This document shows positions 53,301 through 64,000 of a DNA stretch of 64,000 nt, in pieces. A program made the position numbers and the translations under genes. Source of the DNA: Iphione sp. A-MEVVRFRX5 (taxonomy: Eukaryota). The notes beneath the pieces are model-generated. The model was not told the DNA's origin. It did no database searches and saw nothing but the letters and a program-made list of their open reading frames with translations. Location: assembly GCA_976226885.1 (NCBI GenBank), contig OZ320321.1, positions 57,908,001-57,972,000 of the forward strand. Direction: 5' to 3'. The first letter of the stretch is position 1; the number at the start of each line of letters is the position of its first letter.

Positions 53301-56300
53301 TGACGCCCCCGACCACTGCCGGCCAGCCCTCTCCAAGGTGAGAGAACATGTATTGTTTATAGAACGTATTTTAGAAATGGCAATATAAACCAGGGAATTT
53401 GACAGGATCTCTATCAATATAAATTATCACGAATTCTCTTTCTGGTTTCCATTAACACAAAACATTGCTCTCTGGGAGAAGGCAAAAAGTGGGATTGGGA
53501 TTTATCATCAGTCCAATTCCATGTCTAATTCCTACTATAATTCCATTCCCAGTCATTTACTGTTACATGCATATCTTTGTAGTAAAACAAAACATTAGAA
53601 ATTGGTTTTGTTTGAGAACACGTCGTCCTTGTCATGTAAATTTTATAGGACGGGCTATACTTTTTCACAATTTTACTTCTCGACGGCTGTATTCTGGGTT
53701 TAGGTGTGCTTAATCCATTAGAATCGTCTCGCATGGCTGCTAGGAAGGGGGTGCTGAAATTTTAAGCGCGATTTGGCACTGTGTCGTGCAACCCTACGGT
53801 TCCCCAACACATGTAATGGCACTGATTTGAAAGAAACAGTTTTCCGGGAGGCCCCCATCTCCGATGGCTCGCCGGCCGGCCGGCCTCCTACACGAGACCG
53901 TAAAGGTAAATTAGCGCTGCATATTCAGTCCCTGTAGGCGCGCCGTTCACGGTCGCCTGGACTGCCTAACCCTTGCATTGGCCGCCACCGGCTGATGCCT
54001 TCCACTGAGGTGTAACAGGCCGCCCGTCCCTCATTCCTGCAACGTGCAGCAAAAGATCTATATTCACCGAGTTTTAGAGCTGTCATGATGGGGATGGTGT
54101 CCGCGCCTAGGGCTGGCGCAGTAACAATATGCGAAAGAGACCAAGTGTATGCCGCCTATCTAGAGGTGTGCACGCAGACGTTTTGCCTTTACCAAATCAA
54201 ATTAGAAAATAAGTTATAAAATTTTCATCAAAGTATATTTCCCATAATTAAGAGAGCATGCGTTCGAGGAGATTGTTTGACTGATCAATGTATGGTAAAG
54301 CATAACAGACGGGACAGTTTGACGAAGATACTCACATTTCTTTTTAACTGATGCTGTGTAATATTGTGAAAAAAATCTGCTCAGGACCCTTGGAAATACA
54401 CACGTGTATAAAGATGGAGCGATTCGAAAGGTACTTTATAAACAGCTGGGCGAAATGCCAACTTAACATGTAAATATTTCTTTAGCCGATCAGAAAATGC
54501 TATCATCAACGTCTCCCGGCGGAAGTTGCGAACGCGGGTACTTTGGTGTATGCCCCCACTCCACTTTGTTGTATCGCCACTACGGGGCGTGGCAGTACCT
54601 CTCCCGCCAGCCGGACGAGGAGCGACAGGACCAGGGGCAAGAGTGTTCACTTAAAGCACAATGTCCTCACTTTCCGTATTCTATGACAAATGATTAACGT
54701 AAAGAGGCCAATTTCTCACCTGGTTGAAAAGCATCAATTTCCTATTGGAACACGATAGCAAAGTTTGAAAGCACATCAGACAAATGCCATTTGTCCGCGA
54801 CACGCGCCCAAATTAGTGGCATCCACCTTCTATTGAGATTAAATTTTCCTTAGAAATCTAATTTTCTACATAGGTTCTCTTACATTTTTATGGCCCGATG
54901 GCTGATTGTTTGACAGCATAGACAGTAACACTGGAGACACCTGTTTCGGATGGACTCTCTTTGGGAAAGACGGCGCGAGGTATAGTTCTCACATACAGTG
55001 ACACGTCTTCAGTAATGTGAGGCAATTTTTAAGATGTATTAATACACTTCATAAGATGTTTAAAGTCATAATTACACATTTTTAGGACAACTGGAGAGGA
55101 CGTATCCATGAGCCTAGTCCATTTTCTCCGCACATATTTCACAACCGCTCAATCCATTGTGATGGGGCCGTGCTGTGTGGAACAATAACTTTCCATAGTG
55201 CAAAAGATTCTCATTACCATTACATTCTAATATTGATGTCAACACATTGTTCACTACCCACATACACTTTATCTATACAGGTAGGTGTACACATGTATGC
55301 TTATGCAAGGAGTCAGAGCTTCTATTGTAAAAAAACTTGTATTGGTAATATAGTGGTCTCAAAAACTCAAATTCAAATTCAAATTATGATGTTCCAATAA
55401 TTGTGATAATCAGACATAGCTTTGGCTGTCCAATAGTTCGCCTCTGACTCTCTTTTTTTCGGCAGAGACCTGTATGGGGCTCTATCATGCGTTCAAAAAC
55501 TAATAAATAATCTTCGGAAATGGCGGGGGGGGGGGGGTGAAATGGCGAAGAAGCCGTTTTCCGCGGGATTTCACGGTCGGGCTGGGTCGAGGTGTTCTTG
55601 GGGGGTCTCGACCTGAGGTCGCTGCCGGATGCAGGAGGGCACAGTGACCATCTGGTGAAGAGTGGTCAGTGGGCAGCAGCAGGTCATCAGCCAGGTGACC
55701 ACCAGGTAAGGTGGAGGGACGGGGGGGAAGGTGGGTGGTGGTGGTGGTGGGGCTGTCTTCGTCCTCTATAGTATTACCATAACATGTGGGGGCTTCAGCT
55801 TCCATCGAACCAGTTACACATACAAGATTTCAACGACCAGAGAAAGCCCGAATCAGATCACAGACTGGAAATACAAGAAACCTGAACCCCGGGAAGATGT
55901 AGGTAGTTATTGCTGTATAGGAAACTTCCCTCGGAAAAACTACTGAATTGTTTCATGTCAATCCTGTTCGTGATGCATCTAGACTCTGTAATCGGTACGA
56001 CGAACAACGCATTTAAAGTATCAAGAATAATGTCCATGACCCAAACGAATAGCTTATATACTATTAGAATGTGTAGTAACCAAAGCTGCATACATCTCAA
56101 ATCCCTGTATTGAACTATTCTAATAATTTTACGAGGAAAAGAGCTGTGGTTCTCGGTCCGAACTGCTTTCACCATCTCATGCGTGAAATTATTTACTCTG
56201 GAAACCTCAGAACAAAAGTTACACTTACACCTTCATATACATAGATAACTGGTTTGATTCCATTATCTTTGTACTTCACCAACAGGCCGGTCTAGTATAA

Positions 56301-56917
56301 GATAGATATGTGTGTGCCGAGCTCAGCGTGTGGCATAGGTAACTACACGGAGAGGAAGATGGCCGCAAGGGTAGTATACGGTGAGATCGCTGACTGAGAT
56401 ACGAGACCCAACTCCCGGATAAATACCATTCCTGGTTTACAAGGAAGCCACCTTTGTCCTGATAATTTCACTCTGTCACCAGATATTTGGTGTTAATGAC
56501 GGGGTATACTTGATTGGGGACGTCGGGCATTTCCGCTGCAGAATCCGTACCTGTCAGAACAAACCGTCGGCCCCAATGTTATAGGAATACATAGACATGT
56601 ATCTACATGTGTGTCACTCTGGACTATCTCTGGTTAAAAACGAAGTAGTTAACTGTGTCTAGTGTGACGCGATATTCACTGGTGGGGGCGGGGGGGGGCA
56701 GATTGTGCGAAGTTACAGTCAAAGACCTTGTCTTGTAAGTGTTAGTTTCCAGCATTCCCATTTTTTATGAACAACCTACATACTTGCTGTAAACATTAAT
56801 GGTAAATATTTTCCACAGAGGTTTTCTTTTAAATAATATTATCCAAATTGATCTAAACTCCACTACTCACCATTGAAATTTTACTACTGATCGTCCTCAC
56901 TCCTCACCCCCATCCGG

Positions 56918-56920
<3 letters not shown>

Positions 56921-56959
<39 letters not shown>
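56921..56959. repeat. (CA)n microsatellite
   Basis: About 19 units. Confidence 0.98.
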
Positions 56960-56961
<2 letters not shown>

Positions 56962-59900
56962 CGTCGCTACCGATACGAGCTGCAGGGGAGGGTACCAGTG
57001 CACACATTCCGTATATAGGACCTGTCCGGTCAAATTATCGCCTGTCAACGACCAGCAATGTCAGCCCTCCGTGTAATGATCCCCAAATACCCCTATAAAG
57101 ACGCCGCCATATTAGAAGCGCGTGCGGGATGCCCTCTGCAGGGCGTCCGGTGAACGACTACTTCTCTGTCTACAGGAAGCAGACGGTACGGCGGGTGGTC
57201 CGGGGCTGCGTGAAAGGCAGCGAAGTGTGTTTTGTCTCATCCCACGGGCGGGCTGCTGATATCACAGTCCGTCCCCACCTCGGAGACAATCAATCTACCT
57301 CGCTGCCATTCCTTCCCACCCACTGTCTCAAGCCCCAGGTGCTGGAGTAGTAAGTATGAAGAGATGGGTTTCAAGTAGAGAGAATTCATAATCAGTCTAC
57401 CCGGTAATTTATCCGCAACAATGGTATAATTACGAGATAGGTTAGAGACAAAGAAATAAATATTGATCAAATATGGAATGTTTTCACATTTTGTGCATAG
57501 ATCATGAATGATGTAGTGTTAGTGCAGGGTTCCAATGTGAGTTCTTGGTCCATGGTATCTCTGACAATACTTGCTAAACTACCATTGTAAGGTCCTCAAA
57601 CTTTCTTCTAATATGATTTATTCTAACTGTGACTGTCATTGGTACGGAGAGATCACAATAAATAAGTCGACAATGAAAATGTCCGCAGTGTAATCCAGTG
57701 GAATGAAAAAGGCTTTTTTAAATAGATAACATACCTGTGTAGCATCAGAAAGTTGTAATGCTATTTGAGTATTGGGTTGTCAATTTTTATAGTAAAAAGC
57801 CATATCACTAATCAAAGAAGTGGAAAATAATTAAGATATATCAAACACAGGCGGCAAATATATTGGCACAATATTTATACTGAATGTCCCAAATACTCCA
57901 TTGAGAATATTGGTGAAGTCAAGGTACATGCAGAGCAGACGACGTGAGTACATTGTGCATGGCTCCTAGATAACGGAAGAGGCAATTGACAAAGATGGGA
58001 AATTTTAGTGAGAAATGTTGGAGTCGGCGGGTTAAAGTGGCTGAAGTCACTGAGATCAGTAAGCACACTCATATTGACGTGGAATGCGTATCAGAAACGC
58101 ACTTCTAACAATAGGCTACAAACATTCACAAGGACAACAATTCCCTACTTTCACAGTCTAGTTTTCTTCCTGCTCTCCAGAGGGCGGTCCTGGTGCTTGC
58201 ACAGTTGGCAACAGACCCATTTCTTACATAGAAGCCATAATTAAGATAACTTCTGCAAGTCTTTCGCTTTCTTAATATTTAGGAGCATACTTTATCAAAA
58301 TTTCTACCGTTCATACACTGAACAGTTCAAGCGCCAAAGCAACTTTTTATCTAATCAGAAGCAGAAGTGAAGTGGCTGTTATGTGAAGATGGTTGAGGAG
58401 GCAAAGCTGAAAAAGAACCGTAAATTATTCAAAGTCCATAAAACATAGGTTTATGAACTGTATGAAAACATAAAGTGTATATGTCTACCATGAGTCCATA
58501 AAGTAAGGAACGCTGTTAAAGTCAAGGAAAAAATGAAAGAGGGATGGTGCATAATTTGTGATATTGGTCTAGGTCTAAACTGTCCCTGTGAAAAGATTGC
58601 TGTCTGTAGGTACTGGCAAATGGGTGTGCCCGTCTCGAAATCAATGAATGTAAACACGCGAAACATACGAAGTACCACGCAGTAAGCTGATCAGGTTCTT
58701 TGCTTTACAACAGTATCTCTCTTTCAAACATGACAAAGCATGTAAAGAAAGTGATTAACAGTCAGCTAGGGCAATTATTGTGCTGATGGTGCAATATCAC
58801 AACTGGAGTGATGAATCACCTTATTTGGGGTTCCCAATCGAACGGGACAAGTTGGGGGTGGAAATTCGCCCTCTACACGTGCTGCACAGTTAGTCACTTT
58901 GAAAATACTAACGAGGAGGTAAAATGCGCTCTGTGGTGAGAAAAAAAAATCATTAGACCCTTGCCGGCGAATACATTTCTAAAAGTGGGAACTCAGATTA
59001 TCATGTAATGTACAGATGGTAATTAGAACACCCTCAAGTTCTAATTTTGGAGGCTAGCAATCCATAAATAGCGTCAGAACTGATCACTTCTCCAGAGGCG
59101 GCATTTGATGTCAGAGAGGGGTTTTTATGGGGAGACATTAAGGTACAGAAATTTGCCGAAGGGGGATATTATCCAAATAAAGACATGCAGCCCTTGCGTC
59201 ATTAAGACCCTAATTTTAGCTATCCCTCGTGACATCGGCAGAAATTGCAGACTGTGTATGCAAATGAGGCTATTGTTACAGACGCCTGATCTCCCCCCAC
59301 CCCCCAAACAAAAAGGCCCTTACACCGGGTTGTGTAACATTATGAATCGGCTGTGGGAGGCGGGGAGGTGTTCGGCCCCAGATATGAGGATGGCAAATGT
59401 GTGCCGTGGAGAGAGAGAGGGGGGGGGGGAGAGAGGAGTTTGAGTGATATTGTTGCAGGTGTTGAGATGAAATAACACCGGCCGGGTTCAAACAAGTGAT
59501 TGGGGGTCGGCAACTGGCGATGGAATTTAGATTAGGTGGTGATAAGTCTGTTGTCAGATGTTGGCGTATATGTCGATTCGGGCCTATCGCAGATGGAAAT
59601 CCCCACCTGATAATTGTGTATTAATCGCTCTACGTGCCTCCCATGAGGCTGCAATATTTGCTGTTCGAGCGTCTGTCCGGCTGTCGGCCGTTTTAACCAA
59701 GTACAATAAGTCTCCTGACTGAAAGCTTTGTCGGCGGCCGTTACGCAGCGTCGGATGTATCGCCTCGCGTTTGTTATTGAAATGATGGCCGGGGAGAAGA
59801 CGATGAGCGTCAAACATAAATTTGAGGCATAAACTATCGAATATCCAGCGTGCGATAGACACCGAAATACTCTACATGCATGTAGGTCAACCTGGACTTT

Positions 59901-60029
59901 TCGAGTTTGTTTATTGTTAGCAAATCGTCATTATGATTTCGACAGTCCACCTATATTCAAAAGTATAGATACAAAAGACTGTAAGTTGAAATTTAATTGC
60001 ATTTCAAAGACTCTAGTCTGAGGTATTAT

Positions 60030-61160
60030 TGTGAGGCAAAAAGAGTCAACGGCAAGTGGCGTGAAGAATTGTACGACAAAAATTCTTTAAGAATGTCTGC
60101 TGTGTCATTTAGAACAATTCACCCATATGCTGAATTGTTGTCTTGGCATGTGCAAAGTGCCACAAGCGTGGAAATCATCATGCATCACACCCTTGTATAA
60201 AGGCACAGTCAGTCGTTTCGAGGCAAATTCTTATTGTCCAGTTAGTATCCTGCCCCTATGCAGTAAAATTATGGAAAGAATCTTTGCTACCCAATGTGCT
60301 ACATTTATCGAAAATGGTAAATTACTATCATCTCGGCAATACGGATTCAGGAAAAATAAATCCACAATTGATGCCTTAAACCATGTACTGCATTACATAC
60401 TAATATAAATGAGGGTATAGCAGCAGGGGCCATATTTTTTGAATATCAAAAGGCCTTTGATAGTGTACAGCAGGATGTATTTTTTCTAAATAAGAAGAAA
60501 ATGGGATTTAGTAATAGTGTCAGATGGTTTGAATCGTACTTAAATAACAGAACAATTGCTACAAAGCTCTCTAGGATTATACCTGACACTCGTCTACTAG
60601 ATATTGCTGTGCCACAGGAAGTATCCATGAGCTGTTTAGTCTCTTCATCAATGACAGTATCAAAACACTCAAATATTGTCATAGCATTATGTATGCAGGC
60701 AACACTATCATTTTGGCTTCAAGCAGATCAATACTGGAAATACAACAGGCATTAACAGTTGATATAATCAGTCTGAACCAATGGTGCAAAGCTAATGGCA
60801 TACAGATAAATTACAAAAAAAACTGAAACGATGCTGTTTTGTAATGCGAGAAAGAACAACAAGGGTAGCTGTTTACAATAGATGGAAAGGAACCAGCTCA
60901 AGTGAATAGATATAAATACCTGGGAATGATACTAGGTTCTGGACTTACAATAAAATTAGACCTGGATAGTAAGGTTACTAAATTATATGCAATTATGATA
61001 TGGTATGACATACAGTCTGAATCAGCTGTAATACAGGTCTTGAAACTTATTTTATCCCGATAATTGAATATGGAATAGGGTCCCTTCACTGTTGTAACTC
61101 CCCTAACTTCAAGAAATTAAACAGATAACTAGAAAAGGTGGTACGACTAGCAACAGGCAA
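60030..61160 (+). pseudogene. Decayed LINE ORF2 (RT) fragment, CR1/L2 group
   Basis: VPQAWKSSCITPLYKG, SYCPVSILPLCSKIMER, RQYGFRKNKSTIDAL, YQKAFDSV, WFESYLNNRT and AVPQ, interrupted by stops and frameshifts. Confidence 0.88.
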
Positions 61161-61315
61161 CACCTATCTGCATTTGGGTCCGTTTGTGTCTGCTTTTGGT
61201 CTGTTGACCATTACCAGTCCCTGCCTGATGACAGACCCAGAGAGCAGTATAGATGATATATCATTTGTAGCAGTAGTTCTGCCTCACAATTACTCACTTT
61301 AACTCACCTCTTCTC

Positions 61316-61500
61316 GTGACATTCACCAGTTGTTATACTCTTTCCCAGTGATATTTACTAGTTTTTATACTTTTTCGAGACATTCTCCAGTTTTCATACT
61401 TTTTTCCAGTGAAATTTGACAGTTTTCCAGTGATATTCACCAGTTTTTATACTTTTTCCAGTGATATTCACTAGTCTTTATACTTTTTTCCAGTGATACT
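61316..61500. repeat. Minisatellite, ~30-bp unit (CAGTGATATTCACCAGTTTTTATACTTTTTC), ~6 degenerate copies
   Basis: Directly visible tandem units. Confidence 0.85.
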
Positions 61501-61679
61501 TGCCATTTTTTACAGTTTTTCATCCATTCATGTTAGATCTTTGTTAGATCTATCATAGATTTTACATAACGTTATGCAACCTCAATGTAACCTCAATAAA
61601 CACCCGTCCGTGAGGTCCCGTGAAAGCAAAATGCATGTAAAATGCATGGACATGGACAGGGACAGCAAATGCAGGTTAA

Positions 61680-62343
61680 GGCCCAGTTTCCTTGTGTATG
61701 GATTTTCTCCCACCACAGACTGTGTGGTATGGAAAAGAATGGTATTATGAGAATGTACTGGGTGTTTCCATGTATACGTGCTCCAGACTCCAGGCTGCAT
61801 GTCCGGAGCTAAAAAACGAGCAATGTTCATAAATTTCTCTGCAGCATGGACTCTGGAGACCCACTGAGACCAGTAGGATAGAGAGATGAATGTTTTCAGC
61901 AGGACAAACACTGTCTGTCATATGACAAATTTTGTGAATTATTTTGTAATTTGCATATCATTTGCACAATTTGCACAGATATGCTTCGACCTCCACAAAG
62001 AACTGCACAATTTCCACTGATATGTTTCATCCTCCACAAAAAAAAGCACGATTTCTACTGATATGCTTTGCCCTCCACTAAAATCTGCACAATTTCCACC
62101 AATCTTCTTCAACCTCCAAAAAACATACAGAGAAACATACATACATTTCATTTCATTGTATCTTTAACCAGGAACTAGATACATAAATGCATACATACAT
62201 TCAGAGAGAGAGAGATCTGTGCATGGGTGCATATGGTACATGTGTGTGTGAAACCGGGTGTCCGTGCTTGTGTGGAAAACAGCTCATTTTCCGGACCTGA
62301 CATGCACTATGGAAAAAAAACCCATATGGAAGGAAACCGGCCC
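61680..62343. mobile_element. Candidate non-autonomous TIR element (Harbinger-like MITE)
   Basis: Left end GGCCCAGTTTCCTTGTGTATGG vs reverse complement of right end GGGCCGGTTTCCTTCCATATGG: 17/22 identical. The left flank is TAA, but the right flank does not match exactly. Confidence 0.45.
61963..62122. repeat. Minisatellite, ~40-bp unit (TGCACAATTTCCACTGATATGCTTC..CCTCCAC..), ~4 copies
   Basis: Directly visible tandem units inside the candidate MITE. Confidence 0.8.
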
Positions 62344-62600
62344 AACATCGGAGGTAAATGAAAGCCAGTACGTCTGGTGGGAGGCAGACGAGCTGATTTT
62401 AAGGCTGTGATGTCCAAAATAGTCTCTGGCCAAAATCTGAACCTGTCCCATATTTCACGTGGAGAGTACATCTCCAATGGGTTGTGTGGATCCGGAGAAC
62501 ATCTTGGAATGTCCATAATTGGCATTCTTCTTCGTTCTCTCCCTGTTCCATGCTCCTCCAGTTCATCAAATACTCCATACAAATCCATTCTGCTTCGTAC
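62344..62600 (-). mobile_element. PIF/Harbinger transposase N-terminal fragment
   Basis: HNPLEMYSPREIWDRFRFWPETILDIT...PTRRTGFHLPPML matches the Harbinger/HARBI1-type N-terminal pattern (NPLE.Y...E...RFRF..ETI..I....L...T.R...LPP.LQ). Similarity stops abruptly at PPML. Confidence 0.7.
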
Positions 62601-62869
62601 TCTCAAGGTAAATGATGGTGTCCGTCACTTGAGCCACCTATATACCTGGCTTGCTAAAGAAGAAGTCCTCCTTATCTTTTCGTGAATGAGAAACCCATGT
62701 GGGCTCAGATATTATGGCGCCGTTGGGAGGTCCTCAGGTGGGCGCTATCAGATGACACAATGAAGAATGCATTTTCCAGGGTGGACACCTTATCTTTCAC
62801 CTCAGGCGGTGGGTGACGCAATGAGGAATTGGCCATTATACATCTTGAGGTATAGAAGGGATAATCTTG

Positions 62870-63110
62870 AATTATCTGAGCAATAGAATACGGTATTGCC
62901 TCGTCAATGCAGCTGGTTCTGACCTAAACAATATAAATATTGGGTTGTCGCAGGGATCAACACTTGGTCCCCTACTCTTTTCCATGTTCATCAATCATTT
63001 GGCTAGTTCAATAGAAGCTACCACCAGTTTTATTTGCGGATGACACGTATATTCTAGCCAGCAACTATGATAAGTCACAGCTAGCTGTTGAAACTCAAAA
63101 CATTGTGCAC
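62870..63110 (+). pseudogene. LINE RT fragment (core domains 4-5)
   Basis: NYLSNR...IGLSQGSTLGPLLFSMFINHL, then a frameshift to LFADDT. Confidence 0.85.
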
Positions 63111-63254
63111 GTCTGTAATTGACAACAACAACTATTATATTCTACATGTATGTACTACTGTACCATTCTTACCTATACATCCGGGTCTAATTTTGGATTA
63201 AATAAATTATCTCTAATCTCATCTTTTAAGCGCTTCTGTATTGAAACATAGATT

Positions 63255-63740
63255 GCAGATTTGCTTACCCAGATTCACCGATTTGCTAGATGCTACGTTA
63301 CATGAAGGGGTCTTCCCAACAGCATGGAAGAAGGCGGTTGTGGTTCCGTTACATAAGAAGGGGTCATGTCTGGACAGAGCTGACTACAGACGGGTGTGAT
63401 TGTTACCAAGGCTAGTCAAGTTGCTAGAGAAGGCCGTATTGCACCAGTTGTCAGAATTTGTCAGAGAAACCGGGTTACTAACGGATTCTAAATACGGTTT
63501 TCCTAAAGGCATGGGTAATTCAACAATGTATGCTGCAGTTGTAAAGGAAGATTTGGAGTTGCTGAATGGTGGTAGGTATGTGGCCTCAGCGTTCTTGGAC
63601 TTGTCTAAATCCTTGGACTTAGTCAATCATGAGCTATTGCTATCAAAAGTATGGAACTTTGGCTCTAGGGGAGTGGTATGGCGTTGACTGAACTCATATC
63701 TCAGTTCCACAATACAACGAGTATCATGTAAGGGGAAAAT
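63255..63740 (+). pseudogene. LINE RT fragment (N-terminal RT domains)
   Basis: GVFPTAWKKAVVVPLHKKG, DYRRV*LLPRLVKLLEK, SKYGFPKG, FLDLSKSLDLVNHELLL and *LNSYLS. Confidence 0.88.
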
Positions 63741-63833
63741 TTAAAACATCCGCAAAAGTTAGGTCCATCATTGGGCTATGGCTATTTAGCATAATAATAA
63801 ATGACATTATTCAGTATGCGTTCCCGTGTGGAG

Positions 63834-63993
63834 TATGGCCGGCTTTCCATGCATACGGAAATAGTGTCCGTAGTACGGACTCCGTAGTACGGAAAAAAAC
63901 CATCTGAGGGATTCTGCTTGATGGCTTTCCATGGACCCGGGTCCGTGGGTCCGTGGTCTGGGTCCGTGGGCCGAAAACGAACCTGGGCCATAA
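63834..63993. mobile_element. MITE-like segment with Harbinger-like end and palindromic subterminal repeats
   Basis: TATGGCC...GGCCATA inverted ends; start GGCCGGCTTTCCATGCATACGG resembles the 62343 end; TCCGTAGTACGGA palindrome x2; GGTCCGTGG x3. Confidence 0.4.
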
Positions 63994-64000
63994 ATTTGTC

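Overview
This is eukaryotic (probably invertebrate animal) genomic DNA, mostly non-coding and repeat-rich, with a 141-N assembly gap at 40380-40520. There are no prokaryotic features, rRNA, convincing tRNA or CRISPR array. The dominant feature is an apparently full-length, intact non-LTR retrotransposon of the CR1 group (Crack/Daphne/L2-like) on the minus strand, ~36977 to 30251. It carries three uninterrupted ORFs. (1) ORF1: acidic/basic N-terminus, coiled coil, L1-type RRM/CTD, and a complete C-terminal NADAR (YbiA/DUF1768-like) domain. (2) A separate SGNH-hydrolase ORF. (3) ORF2: APE endonuclease plus RT, followed by AATAAA and a poly(A) tail. A NADAR domain, a family that includes ADP-ribosyl-guanine hydrolases, fused to a retrotransposon RNP protein is the most interesting signal. 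About 3 kb upstream on the same strand is a candidate 5' end of a host gene (TATA, spliced UTR exon, signal-peptide exon), which would place the LINE in sense orientation in its intron. The rest is decayed mobile DNA (a pogo/Tigger element, several LINE RT relics, Harbinger fragments and MITE-like ends), mini- and microsatellites, and motif-rich non-coding sequence. All family assignments come from by-eye motif recognition; no database searches were run.
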